A DNA stretch of 64,000 nt from an uncultured Candidatus Saccharibacteria bacterium (GCA_964460325.1 CAYWPI010000001.1:11105-75104); one strand, 5' to 3'. Numbered from the stretch's first letter, positions 9,241 to 18,805 are shown. The notes: a model not told the origin generated them from the sequence alone. A program made the numbers and translations.

Positions 9241-10614
9241 CTACAGGGTCAATTGCTTATTCAAATATTGATCCAGCTCCGCGATCAACACTCTCTCTTG
9301 CTGCATACTATCCCGGTCACGGACCGTCACAGCCTTATCGTCTATAGAATCAAAATCCACGGTCACGCAAAGCGGTGTGCCGATCTCGTCCTGCCGGCGA
9401 TAACGTTTGCCGATAGACTGCGTTTCATCATATTCACAGACGAATTGCTTTGAAAGATGCGCATAGAGCGGTTTGGCTATCTTTGCAAGCTCGTCCTTTT
9501 TTGAAAGCGGCAAAATGGCAACCTTTACCGGCGCCAACCATTTCGGGAACTTCAAGACGACTCTTGAGTCGTCTTGACCCCGCATAGCCTCCTCAGAGGC
9601 GACGTGGGGTATTCCTTCTTCTGTGTAAGCTTCAAGCAGGGCGACCAAAACCGAACGATCAACACCGAACGAAGGCTCAATAACGTGCGGCAAAAACTTG
9701 CTCTTTTGGTCATCTGGATCGGCATACGTTAAGTCTTGTTTAGAAGCCCCTTGGTGACTCTTTAAATCAAAGTCGCCGCGATAGGCTAAGCCGTACAACT
9801 CTTTGCGGCCAAAAGGATAATCATATTCAATATCCACCGTTCGCTTGGAATAGTGCGCGCGATCTGCATCCGGGATATCAACATAGTGTAACTTATCTGA
9901 GCTGACACCAAGATCATGCAACCATTTTTTCATTTGCATGAGCCAGTGATCAAAGTGCGCCTCCCACTCCTGTTCACGAACAAAATACTCAATCTCCATC
10001 TGCTCGAACTCACGGGTGCGGAAGATGAAGTTACCCGGAGTGATCTCGTTTCGAAACGCCTTTCCGATCTGCGCGATACCAAACGGCAACCGACGACGGG
10101 TCGTATCAAGGATATTCTTAAACTGAACAAACATCGCCTGCGCAGTTTCAGGACGAAAATAAACCGTATTCGCCTTTTCTTCGGCCGGACCAAGAAAGGT
10201 TTTAAGCATTAGGTTGAACTGCTTAGCCTCGGCAAATGAGCTTTTTGCCTTACAGCTCTCGCATGGTCCCTTTGCATCAATCTGATCGGCTCGGAATCGC
10301 GCGTGGCACTTCTTACACTCCACGAGCGGATCGTTAAACGTCGCCAGGTGACCAGAAGCCTCCCACACCTTTGGGTTCATAATAAGCGCCGCATCAATAC
10401 CCACCATATCCGCGCGCTGGCGGACAAAACGGTTCCACCACTCGTCTTTAATGTTCTTCTTCAGCTCCGCGCCAAGCGGACCATAGTCCCAGCTGTTTTG
10501 TAGTCCGCCATATATCTCGCTTCCAGGAAAGATAAAGCCTCTGCGCTTGCAAAGCGAGATTATTTTATCCATTAAGTCCGCGGACTTTACTTTTGATTTT
10601 TTATCATTAACCAT
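9241..10614 (-). CDS. glyQS: Glycyl-tRNA synthetase, class II dimeric type
   Basis: 457 aa. N-terminus MVNDKKSKVKSADLMDKIISLCKRRGFIFPGSEIYGG is typical of GlyRS. Confidence 0.9.
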   Translation of the reverse strand: MVNDKKSKVKSADLMDKIISLCKRRGFIFPGSEIYGGLQNSWDYGPLGAELKKNIKDEWWNRFVRQRADMVGIDAALIMNPKVWEASGHLATFNDPLVECKKCHARFRADQIDAKGPCESCKAKSSFAEAKQFNLMLKTFLGPAEEKANTVYFRPETAQAMFVQFKNILDTTRRRLPFGIAQIGKAFRNEITPGNFIFRTREFEQMEIEYFVREQEWEAHFDHWLMQMKKWLHDLGVSSDKLHYVDIPDADRAHYSKRTVDIEYDYPFGRKELYGLAYRGDFDLKSHQGASKQDLTYADPDDQKSKFLPHVIEPSFGVDRSVLVALLEAYTEEGIPHVASEEAMRGQDDSRVVLKFPKWLAPVKVAILPLSKKDELAKIAKPLYAHLSKQFVCEYDETQSIGKRYRRQDEIGTPLCVTVDFDSIDDKAVTVRDRDSMQQERVLIAELDQYLNKQLTL

Positions 10615-10645
10615 TGGCGTATTTGCTACATGTCACGTGTTATTC

Positions 10646-12364
10646 TTACGGGCTAACCTGCTTGTCTTGCGCATCAAGCGTTGGATCGCTGATTAAGATT
10701 GTCGTAAAAGGGTAGATTTTGTCAAAATACGACGCATCAACAAATAAGTCCATCGCGTTCACTGTTGTTTCTCCAATAAGCGTTGGAAATTGATTAATCT
10801 GATTGCTTGACGGCGTTATCTCCACCTGGAACACCAATCGGACAGGCTCATCAATAATACCCTTGGTAGCATTTATCTTGCCCGCAATCCAGACAAACTC
10901 TTGCGTTCGTTCGTTATATTGGGGCGCGACACCATTTGTCGCAAAATACTTTCCTGTATAACGAACATGCGGGCCCAAGAACGTCTTCAGCGTAACTTCA
11001 TCCATATCAGTCGCCTCGTTGCGCACAACCCAGTGCATAGTAAAAGTGGTTGGTTGACCCACACGAAGCGGCAAGGGGCCGCTGTTGGTAATACCCGAGT
11101 CATCCTTAAAAAACGCATCCACAGCAGGGCGCAACATACCCTTTACTTTTGTCTCAAGCGCAACCGATCCAATGGTTCGCCCTGAAGAAACTTTCGGAGG
11201 AACAGTTGGTGATTCGATTTCAGCAAGCATTTTTAAAACAAAATGCTTATCGCTGATACGCTTGATGGGATAATCAGATTTCACCTTGGCCGAAAAAGAA
11301 ACTGAACCGCTCTCGCCGGGACGAATCACATTAAGATCAGGAACGCGCGCGGCATTCCACTGAATACTTGCGTCCGAAGAGCGATACACGCCCTCATCAG
11401 AATCAATTTCGCTCATATCAAACATATCGCCAATCAACTTGGCAGTAATAATCACGTCTTTAAGCCCCACATCGGTATTATTGCGATAGGTCAGTGTATA
11501 CGAAAGCAAATCTCCAGGCGTGGCAACATAATCCACAGCTCGCTCCACGGTGGCGACAAGCGAAAGGGGCGACGGCGAAAGAGACAGCGAGGCGGTCTTT
11601 TGATTAACCAAATATGCCTTTCCTAGAAACGAAGTATTCACGCCAACCATAAAATCAAAAAAAGCATTATCGGGCCCGGACATGCTTCCTTTTATCGTAA
11701 AACTGCCCTTTGAACCAGCGCGTAAATCGCCGAGCCTCCAGTTTGTCGTTCCTTCATCTGGGGTCAAGGTTGACGAGATAAACGTAAAGCCCCGAGGATA
11801 CTCAAACCCAAGCACCAAATCATAAAAATCAGTATCCGCCTTGTTTTCGTAATCAACCCTTATTTCAAACGTTTCTCCCGCAAATACTTTTTGAGGAAGC
11901 GCAAGATCAAGACTTATGCCAGACTCACCAATACTGATATCTTTGCTGGCTTGCTTTTCAAAGCGCGATCCAAGATTGGTTGGCACATACGAAAGCGCCG
12001 CCCGCAGCTGCACTAAATTATTTTCACCCGAAACTGGCATAATGCGAAACTCTTGATTGGTTACCGTTCCCTTCCCAAGACTTCCCAATGATTTATTAAT
12101 TACGCGCTTACTGGCTGGCTCAGTCATAAAAACCATGCCATCTGGCAAACTTATCGATAACGAAGTTTCTTGCGCCACGCCACTGCCAGTATTACTAATT
12201 GAGACTTTCGCGGTAAATGGAACGCCAATTTGCGCGCTATCGGGCGCGTTTACCACAACTTCAACACCACCCGCTTGGCGAGCTTGATACCATAAATACG
12301 TAATCAAGCTTCCGCCGATCACAAAAAGCACAACAAAAAGAATAATGATTGTTTTCCAGCGCAT
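10646..12364 (-). CDS. Membrane-anchored surface protein with repeated beta-rich domains (DUF11/CARDB-like)
   Basis: N-terminal transmembrane segment and a 572-aa Ser/Thr/Gly-rich repetitive extracellular region. Confidence 0.5.
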   Translation of the reverse strand: MRWKTIIILFVVLFVIGGSLITYLWYQARQAGGVEVVVNAPDSAQIGVPFTAKVSISNTGSGVAQETSLSISLPDGMVFMTEPASKRVINKSLGSLGKGTVTNQEFRIMPVSGENNLVQLRAALSYVPTNLGSRFEKQASKDISIGESGISLDLALPQKVFAGETFEIRVDYENKADTDFYDLVLGFEYPRGFTFISSTLTPDEGTTNWRLGDLRAGSKGSFTIKGSMSGPDNAFFDFMVGVNTSFLGKAYLVNQKTASLSLSPSPLSLVATVERAVDYVATPGDLLSYTLTYRNNTDVGLKDVIITAKLIGDMFDMSEIDSDEGVYRSSDASIQWNAARVPDLNVIRPGESGSVSFSAKVKSDYPIKRISDKHFVLKMLAEIESPTVPPKVSSGRTIGSVALETKVKGMLRPAVDAFFKDDSGITNSGPLPLRVGQPTTFTMHWVVRNEATDMDEVTLKTFLGPHVRYTGKYFATNGVAPQYNERTQEFVWIAGKINATKGIIDEPVRLVFQVEITPSSNQINQFPTLIGETTVNAMDLFVDASYFDKIYPFTTILISDPTLDAQDKQVSP

Positions 12365-12440
12365 GAAAATAAATAACTAATCAGATCACCGAAAACTCTC
12401 GGCAAGATACACGATATATACCTTATTAGTTTAGCATATG

Positions 12441-12962
12441 CTACGTCGCAACGCGGCCAAGGCGATACACACCTTCGATACTGGAAAATGTCTTTACGCA
12501 CCGCATGCAGTAATAATGCGCATCACGACTAGAAAAATACTCTGGATTCTTTGTCTCGCACAATGCGCACGTCGCGTGTCTCGGATCAAAACCCAAAATA
12601 GTTAATATGTGAAGCGCAGAGGGTTTTGCAGAGGCAAGTTCATGCCATAAACGCTCATCAGCGTGATGTTCAGAGGTAAGTGAGCGCACAATCTGACACA
12701 GGCCAATCTGCTCTCTGGAAATGTTCACGTTGCCTCGCGCCGGCAAGGCGTCAACAATCTGAATACCGTTCTTCTCAACCAATCGAACCTGCACGCGACG
12801 CATTGGCTGCAGATAACTTGAAAGACGAGAAGTAATATGCCCAGCGCTGCGCGCCCGTGCCATTATCCGGCCAAGCTCTTTGGTGTATAAAAAAATGCGG
12901 GCGTCGGTTTCGCCAGCAATCTCTCTGTCTAATACAATCGCTTCGGTGAGATATTCGCGCAT
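12441..12962 (-). CDS. recO: DNA repair protein RecO (short)
   Basis: N-terminal OB-fold-like MREYLTEAIVL... and a C-terminal Cys4 zinc-finger pattern. Confidence 0.65.
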   Translation of the reverse strand: MREYLTEAIVLDREIAGETDARIFLYTKELGRIMARARSAGHITSRLSSYLQPMRRVQVRLVEKNGIQIVDALPARGNVNISREQIGLCQIVRSLTSEHHADERLWHELASAKPSALHILTILGFDPRHATCALCETKNPEYFSSRDAHYYCMRCVKTFSSIEGVYRLGRVAT

Positions 12963-13031
12963 GCCTTCAGCATATCACAGGAGCCAAGTCGCGCATGCGC
13001 AACTTGGCTCCGATATTATACTTCCGCCGCT

Positions 13032-13448
13032 CTAACCGGCAGCGAGTTTGTACGCTCGTTCGCTAACGGCCTGCACCAGTCCTTCACCAACCTGGGATCG
13101 TTCGTATGCCATCTGGCATCCGCACATACAATATTCCCGCCTGACGGCCTCCGTGTCAGAGATGGCAATACGCAAGCAGTCGCGCCCATCCTCCGTATCG
13201 CGACGACACAGCTCCGAAACAAGTCGTAGTGGTGAAGCGCCCTGTACTGATCGCACCTTGTGATCATCGACAACCACAATGTCGCGCCGAGGATCGTGCA
13301 TGCAAAGCAAACGACCCCCTTCAACCGTATCGCTTTCCATAAAAACAAAGTGCTGTCGCGGGAAACGTACACCTAGCAATTCTTCGAGTACCTCACGGAA
13401 AGACTCGGTAAGCCCAATCCAGATGACCGTAATCGCCTTCTTGAGCAT
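13032..13448 (-). CDS. Hypothetical 138-aa protein, high-GC cassette b
   Basis: SD AAGGAGGA upstream of the ATG. High GC. C-terminal CMCGC motif. Confidence 0.45.
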   Translation of the reverse strand: MLKKAITVIWIGLTESFREVLEELLGVRFPRQHFVFMESDTVEGGRLLCMHDPRRDIVVVDDHKVRSVQGASPLRLVSELCRRDTEDGRDCLRIAISDTEAVRREYCMCGCQMAYERSQVGEGLVQAVSERAYKLAAG

Positions 13449-13539
13449 CTCATCCTCCTTGCTTGACGCAAAAAATCCACCGGGAACCGTGTTTGTAGAA
13501 ATACAAGCCTTTTACTAAAAAGTCAAGAAACGGATGGCT

Positions 13540-14058
13540 TTACACTCCCTGCGCCTTTGAGCCACGGGCGCGGCGAATCAGTTCGTCGCGCAGCTGTTCT
13601 GCCTCTGCGCGGGACAAAGCCGGAAGTCTTCCCTCGGCGTGCATACCCGATGTTCCTCGGCGGGTTACAAGGGCGCTTGCGCCGGCTGTTTGAATATGCA
13701 AATCGGAGAGCCCAAGAATGCGAGCCAAGATGCCACGATAGATATCCACATTCTGGATGCGCTCATAAGGAATAGTTACGTAACGCTTATAGATAACGCC
13801 TGATTCTTTCCGAAAGCCATTCTCAGTAAGTTCATAGAGAAAGTAACCATACGAAAGCTTCGCCCAGATCCAGCACAGCGCCAGAACGATAATCAGCATG
13901 GGCCAAAACAGATTGAGTGGAATGCTATAGCCTTGCTCCAAGGCCACGACCGCGACGTCGGCAAGTATCCAAAAACGGACAACCACTAAAAATAGTGTCC
14001 AGCGAAATGCCAGTCTTATGAAAAACAGCCAGAGCGCTTTCGGGTCAAGATGCTTCAT
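13540..14058 (-). CDS. Bacterial PH-domain membrane protein (YdbS/YdbT-like)
   Basis: Two transmembrane helices followed by a bPH_2-like domain. Start chosen at MKHLDPK. Confidence 0.55.
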   Translation of the reverse strand: MKHLDPKALWLFFIRLAFRWTLFLVVVRFWILADVAVVALEQGYSIPLNLFWPMLIIVLALCWIWAKLSYGYFLYELTENGFRKESGVIYKRYVTIPYERIQNVDIYRGILARILGLSDLHIQTAGASALVTRRGTSGMHAEGRLPALSRAEAEQLRDELIRRARGSKAQGV

Positions 14059-14082
14059 GATCTGTGATGTTATGTTTTTATT

Positions 14083-14162
14083 GTGCGGGATATTGAATTT
14101 AGTTCGAACCGTGTTCGCGGCGCCGCCCGCCACCGGCGCACGCGAAGGGCGAACCGGTCTTT
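14083..14162. repeat. IR-A left arm: 80-bp perfect inverted repeat
   Basis: Exact reverse complement of 15258-15337, compared by eye. Confidence 0.85.
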
Positions 14163-14265
14163 AACAATTTCAAGTTGTTTTTTGGCGGCAAATTCTTGAT
14201 TTGATTGTATCCTAATTTGCTGAAAAGAAAAGGAACCCTTAACGATCGCGTACTGCGATGGGTTC

Positions 14266-14670
14266 CTACGGGGGCGTTGCAGCCCCAGCTGAAGACGACA
14301 GAGATGGATTCAGTCGTCGGGTTCGGACGAGAGCGAGCAGCGTCAGTAGCTCTTGCGGAGCAACGTATCCACCAAGTTGCTCCACCATCAGTGCGGCCTT
14401 CTCGATGTCTTCCTTGCTGAACTGGCTGGGCGCTTCGGGTCGCAACTGCTTCGCGATGCCATGAAGAGCGCGAGCGTCTTCTTCTGTCTTCCCGCAAGCC
14501 CTTGCAATGGCCAGCAAGGTCTTCAGACGCGGCACGAGTGTGATCGTCTCCTCGATGCGCCGGATCTGCGAGATCGCGATCTTCGCCTTTTCGGCGAGTT
14601 GCTCGCGACTTAGACCTGCTTCCTTGCGCCAAGCCCGAACGGTCGCGCCGACACCTTGAACTTCGTTCAT
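14266..14670 (-). CDS. XRE-family HTH transcriptional regulator
   Basis: HTH signature LSREQLAEKAKIAISQIRRIE. High GC. Start overlaps the upstream ORF stop (ATGA). Confidence 0.6.
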   Translation of the reverse strand: MNEVQGVGATVRAWRKEAGLSREQLAEKAKIAISQIRRIEETITLVPRLKTLLAIARACGKTEEDARALHGIAKQLRPEAPSQFSKEDIEKAALMVEQLGGYVAPQELLTLLALVRTRRLNPSLSSSAGAATPP

Positions 14671-14850
14671 CCGCGTTTCTCCTGAATGAGCTCGTGAATG
14701 GCGCGGATGGACATCACGATCCAGAATCCGCCGACGCCACCGGCAATCGAAGGAACGATCTTGATTCCGATCGCGTACCCGATCGCAGCTACGGTCAGCA
14801 AGACATACGCACCGATCGTGAAGAGCATGGCTGCTTTAGCGGTTTCCATC
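14667..14850 (-). CDS. Small membrane protein (~60 aa)
   Basis: METAKAAMLFTIGAYVLLTVAAIGYAIG... SD AAGGAGGAG. Translationally coupled by TGATG/ATGA overlaps on both sides. Confidence 0.4.
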
Positions 14851-15093
14851 ACTCCTCCTTCTTCTCGTTCGGACGAACGATGATCATGCTCCCCCCGAAG
14901 CCCAGCTTCCATCCTAGGAGCCAAGCGATGATGAGGATCCCGATCGAGATCCCGATGCCCGGCAGGATCGCAGGACGCCCGACGGCCCACAATGGGACGC
15001 CGAAAGCTCCTGCCCACATCAGCACGAAGAAGATGCGGTAGACGACCGCCTCACGCGGACCGAGCTCGTGCACGGTCAAGTTGGCAGGTCCCA
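14850..15093 (-). CDS. Small membrane protein (~81 aa)
   Basis: MGPANLTVHELG... with two transmembrane segments. First gene of a three-gene minus-strand operon. Confidence 0.35.
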
Positions 15094-15257
15094 TGTGTAC
15101 TCCAAGTGCCACAATTGGCCTGCTGAATATGCCACATCTCAAAATAAAAAGCAAATATAAAACAAAAACAGCCCCTTTGGGCCGTTTCTCAAAAATGTTC
15201 TTTTCTTCTTTCCCTCTGATTCGAGCCGATGGATTTCCGGGCTCTTTGGCGGTTTTG

Positions 15258-15337
15258 AAAGACCGGTTCGCCCTTCGCGTGCGCCGGTGGCGGGCGGCGC
15301 CGCGAACACGGTTCGAACTAAATTCAATATCCCGCAC
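15258..15337. repeat. IR-A right arm
   Basis: Reverse complement of 14083-14162. Confidence 0.85.
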
Positions 15338-15406
15338 AAGTCAGAAGATGTCAACGCCTCGCGCCGACTTTGTCGGCGCTCGGCGAGCTGTTGGTACGGC
15401 GGTTTC
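15334..15406. repeat. IR-B left arm: 73-bp perfect inverted repeat, abutting IR-A
   Basis: Exact reverse complement of 16845-16917. Shares GCAC with the end of IR-A. Confidence 0.85.
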
Positions 15407-15449
15407 TCTTAGGGAAAGAAGAAAAGAACATTTTTGAGTTAAATCTCAT

Positions 15450-17255
15450 ATGAAATACATACTGTACGCAAGAAAATCAACAGAAGAAGACGACAGACAA
15501 GTCTTGAGTATTCAGGCGCAACTCGCAGAGTTGCGAGAATTTGCCGCCAAAGAACACCTTGAAATTGTTGCTTCCTTTCAGGAAGCCAAAACCGCCAAAG
15601 AGCCCGGGCGAATTAAATTCGCAGAAATGGTGGCAATGATTGAATCCAAGAAAGCAGACGGAATCATAAGCTGGCACCCCGATCGTCTTGCTCGCAATTC
15701 CGTAGATGGAGGCAAGATTATTCATTTGATCGATCGCGGCTTGATCAAGTCATTAAAATTTCCCACCTTCTGGTTTGAGGCCACCCCACAAGGTGTGTTC
15801 ATGCTCAATATCGCCTTTGGACAGAGTAAATATTTTGTAGATAATTTGCGAGAGAATGTGAAGCGGGGACTACGACAGAAGATCAGAAACGGCATCTGGC
15901 CTGGCTGGGCTCCGGTGGGGTATATTAATAATCCACGAACGCGAGATATTGATGTTGATAGTGAAAAAGCTCCAAAAGTGAAGAAGTTGTTTGAGATGTA
16001 CGCCACCGGAGCATACACACTAAGTTCTCTCGCAAATTGGTGCGTGGAAAATAATCTCAAGGGCAACAGGGAGAAGAAAATATCAATCAGCAATCTGCAG
16101 AGTATTCTACAAAATATTTTCTACGTTGGCCTCATGAGATATCGTGGGGAAATTTTCGAAGGCAAGCACGAGCCACTCATCTCAAAGAAACTTTTTGATG
16201 AAGTCCAAAAAGCGATGAAAAACCGAGGAAAACAGAAACACGTTCGTAAACATCACTTTGCTTTTCTTGGCCTACTCAAATGCGCTTCGTGCGGTTGCTC
16301 CATCACCGGCGAACGTCAGAAGGGTCACAACTATTATCGCTGCACCAAAAAGAAAGGCCCATGCCAAGAAAAGCATTATCTTCGAGAAGAAGATTTATTA
16401 GCTCAAATCAAAAGCATTCTTCAAAAAGTTTCTTTGGGAAGCCACGACACTGAAAGAGTTTTGGCGGCGCTCGCAGGCGAGGAGGCGGAGGCAAAAGAAT
16501 ACTCTCAAAATGAAGTAGGGTTATTAAAATCAAAACTGACAGAAATAGAAGCCAAACTCTCCCGCCTCCTCGACCTGTATCTTGCGAGCGAAATATCCCT
16601 TAGCAAAGAGGAGTTCGCCGCCAAAAAAGAAAGCCTTGTCTTGCAAAAGGCAGAATTAGCTCAGAAAATTAATGATATTGAGCAAAAAGGAGTGTCGTGG
16701 CTCGAACCGGCTCGTGAGTTCGTTCTATCCTTGAATCAAGCCGCGAAACTGCTTGAGAATGGGAACCCAGAATCATTGCCACCATTTCTCAAAGCCATCG
16801 GCTCGAACCACACCCTTCAAAACCGACAAGTCGGTTTTGAGCTGAAACCGCCGTACCAACAGCTCGCCGAGCGCCGACAAAGTCGGCGCGAGGCGTTGAC
16901 ATCTTCTGACTTGTGCCCGGGACAGGAGTCGAACCTGCATGCCTTGCGGCGCTACCACCTCAAGGTAGTGCGTCTGCCATTTCGCCACCCGGGCAAACTT
17001 GCATTAACAATCTCGACGCTTGCAATACAAGGTCGGGACTCCGACCCGGTCATAGCGTCGGATCTGACAACTAATAACTTACAACAAGCAACAAGAACTT
17101 TCAAATCAAAACCGCCCTTGCGGGCGGCAATGAGTTATTTTTCTTTTGTGTCAGCCTCTTTTGCTTCAGCCGGCTTGGTGGCTGCCTTTTTGTCGTTACC
17201 ACGCTCAGCAGACATCTTACGACGAATCGCCTTCCTGCTAATATCTCGGATGTAA
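15450..17255 (+). CDS. Large serine recombinase; the ORF has no in-frame stop and reads through IR-B and tRNA-Leu, so it may be a pseudogene or carry a non-native 3' end
   Basis: YARKST catalytic-serine motif at the N-terminus, resolvase domain, recombinase domain, zinc ribbon CASCGCS...YYRC and a coiled coil. The native end is probably near ~16845. Confidence 0.75.
   Translation: MKYILYARKSTEEDDRQVLSIQAQLAELREFAAKEHLEIVASFQEAKTAKEPGRIKFAEMVAMIESKKADGIISWHPDRLARNSVDGGKIIHLIDRGLIKSLKFPTFWFEATPQGVFMLNIAFGQSKYFVDNLRENVKRGLRQKIRNGIWPGWAPVGYINNPRTRDIDVDSEKAPKVKKLFEMYATGAYTLSSLANWCVENNLKGNREKKISISNLQSILQNIFYVGLMRYRGEIFEGKHEPLISKKLFDEVQKAMKNRGKQKHVRKHHFAFLGLLKCASCGCSITGERQKGHNYYRCTKKKGPCQEKHYLREEDLLAQIKSILQKVSLGSHDTERVLAALAGEEAEAKEYSQNEVGLLKSKLTEIEAKLSRLLDLYLASEISLSKEEFAAKKESLVLQKAELAQKINDIEQKGVSWLEPAREFVLSLNQAAKLLENGNPESLPPFLKAIGSNHTLQNRQVGFELKPPYQQLAERRQSRREALTSSDLCPGQESNLHALRRYHLKVVRLPFRHPGKLALTISTLAIQGRDSDPVIASDLTTNNLQQATRTFKSKPPLRAAMSYFSFVSASFASAGLVAAFLSLPRSADILRRIAFLLISRM
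16845..16917. repeat. IR-B right arm; its last 4 nt overlap the 3' end of tRNA-Leu
   Basis: Reverse complement of 15334-15406. Confidence 0.85.
16914..16994 (-). tRNA. tRNA-Leu(GAG)
   Basis: Manual fold: acceptor GCCCGGG, anticodon loop TTGAGGT, long variable arm, T-loop GGTTCGACTCC. Confidence 0.8.
17100..17128 (-). terminator. rplS terminator
   Basis: Hairpin CCGCCCTTGCGGGCGG followed by a T-run on the minus strand. Confidence 0.55.
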
Positions 17256-17527
17256 TAAATCTTTGAGCGACCCACTTTCTTCGGCGAACTAATAATTTCA
17301 ACCTTACTAATAGCCGGAGAAAAAATAGGAAATGTTTTTTCCACGCCAAGCCCGGCAACAGTTGCGCGCACCGTAAAACTCGCGCCAGCCTCCGTACCGT
17401 GTTTGCGGGCGAGCACTAAACCTTCAAAACGCATCTGGCGCTCTTTATCCCCTTCTTTATACGACTCAAAAACACGCACCGTGGCGCCTGTTTTTATTTT
17501 TTCCATGACTTCTTTTGAAATGGCCAT
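17135..17527 (-). CDS. rplS: 50S ribosomal protein L19
   Basis: The KIYYIRD region matches the L19 family pattern. 130 aa with a basic C-terminal tail. Confidence 0.85.
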   Translation of the reverse strand: MAISKEVMEKIKTGATVRVFESYKEGDKERQMRFEGLVLARKHGTEAGASFTVRATVAGLGVEKTFPIFSPAISKVEIISSPKKVGRSKIYYIRDISRKAIRRKMSAERGNDKKAATKPAEAKEADTKEK

Positions 17528-17653
17528 ATCTGGGGAATATCTAAAAAACTAATTACTGATGTCTCAATGAGATAGAGGGAGTATATAAGAAGCACCGGAC
17601 TCCGTCAAGCCAAGCCCCCGGGGCAGCCACCCGTGTTAAACTAAAGCTATTGT

Positions 17654-18805
17654 ATGAAAACCCTTATCGACGTCCGCCTGCTTGGACGCGGCGCTCATTC
17701 TGGCATCCCCGTATTTGCCAAGGAGACTACCGATCATCTCTTGAGCCAAGGCAAAGATGCATTTGAACTCCTTTATGCCGGCATTAAGAAAAGTCCCTTG
17801 CCGGTATCGTGGCGCACAAACCCTCGCGTCACAATACGCGATTGGCGCATCGCCAACAAAGCGCTTGATCTTGCCAGTACGTTGTTTAACGCGCCAGATA
17901 TCAGCCGTCACACAAAGGCGGATATCATCTTCAGCCCGCATTTCCATAATCTCAACAAGGGCTCTTTGCCACGCGTACTAACCATTCACGATCTTTCGTT
18001 TGCTCACTATCCCACCTTTTTTTCTCCCAAACAACGACTATGGCATTCCATGCAACATTGGCAAAAGCAGATCCAAGAGGCGGATCATCTGATTGCCGTT
18101 TCGCGTTTCACCAAAGAAGACATCATCCAAACATTAGGTATCAAGCCAGAAAAGATATCAGTTGTGTACCCGGGAATCAGCCGCGAATTTCACCCGCTTG
18201 ATCCGCATGACAAGCACCTGCTTCTTTTTCAAAAGAAACACGAGATACACACTCCTTATTTCTTATATTTCGGGGCGCTTGAAGCCCGTAAAAATGTCGT
18301 GCACGTGATACAGGCCTTTGATTTACTGAAAACCAATCCAAAATACAAGGACTACCGATTAATTCTTGCCGGAAGTCCGGGTCACCGTGCGCACGAAATC
18401 GCGCGCGCCGCTTCTCAAAGCCGATCTGCCGCCGCGATCTCCATCATCTCCCGCATTACTGACGAAGAACGAATACTGCTTTATAATGGAGCAGTAGCAT
18501 TTGTGTGTACGTCCTTTTTTGAAGGTTTTGGATTTCCCGTTCTTGAAGCCCAGGCATGCGGCATCCCCGTTATTGCGAGCAATCGCACCACGTTTATTGA
18601 AACGCTTGCGGGTAGCGCGCCACTTGTCAATCCGTGGAGGCCAGCTGAACTCGCCGACGCACTCATAAATCTAGCGACCGATGGGGCCGTTCGCGCGCGC
18701 GCCATCAACCTTGGAACGCAAAACGCCTCGCGATTTAACTGGAGCGATACCGCCAAACATGTCCACGCCATACTTATAAAAACCCATCGTTCATTCTATG
18801 GATAA
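17654..18805 (+). CDS. Glycosyltransferase family 1 (GT4-like)
   Basis: C-terminal GT1 motifs (FGxxxxE...EGFG) and Rossmann-like halves. Confidence 0.7.
   Translation: MKTLIDVRLLGRGAHSGIPVFAKETTDHLLSQGKDAFELLYAGIKKSPLPVSWRTNPRVTIRDWRIANKALDLASTLFNAPDISRHTKADIIFSPHFHNLNKGSLPRVLTIHDLSFAHYPTFFSPKQRLWHSMQHWQKQIQEADHLIAVSRFTKEDIIQTLGIKPEKISVVYPGISREFHPLDPHDKHLLLFQKKHEIHTPYFLYFGALEARKNVVHVIQAFDLLKTNPKYKDYRLILAGSPGHRAHEIARAASQSRSAAAISIISRITDEERILLYNGAVAFVCTSFFEGFGFPVLEAQACGIPVIASNRTTFIETLAGSAPLVNPWRPAELADALINLATDGAVRARAINLGTQNASRFNWSDTAKHVHAILIKTHRSFYG

Noticed and set aside
8892-9347. 151-aa plus-strand ORF opposite cassette a
   Set aside because: It is antisense to an ORF that has a proper SD and terminator. 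High-GC DNA produces long spurious open frames.
14083-16917. Interpreting the long inverted repeats as IS terminal repeats of a composite transposon
   Set aside because: No transposase-like ends or target-site duplication were seen, and the recombinase is a serine recombinase rather than a DDE transposase. The inverton or novel-element hypothesis is kept instead, with an assembly artefact not excluded.
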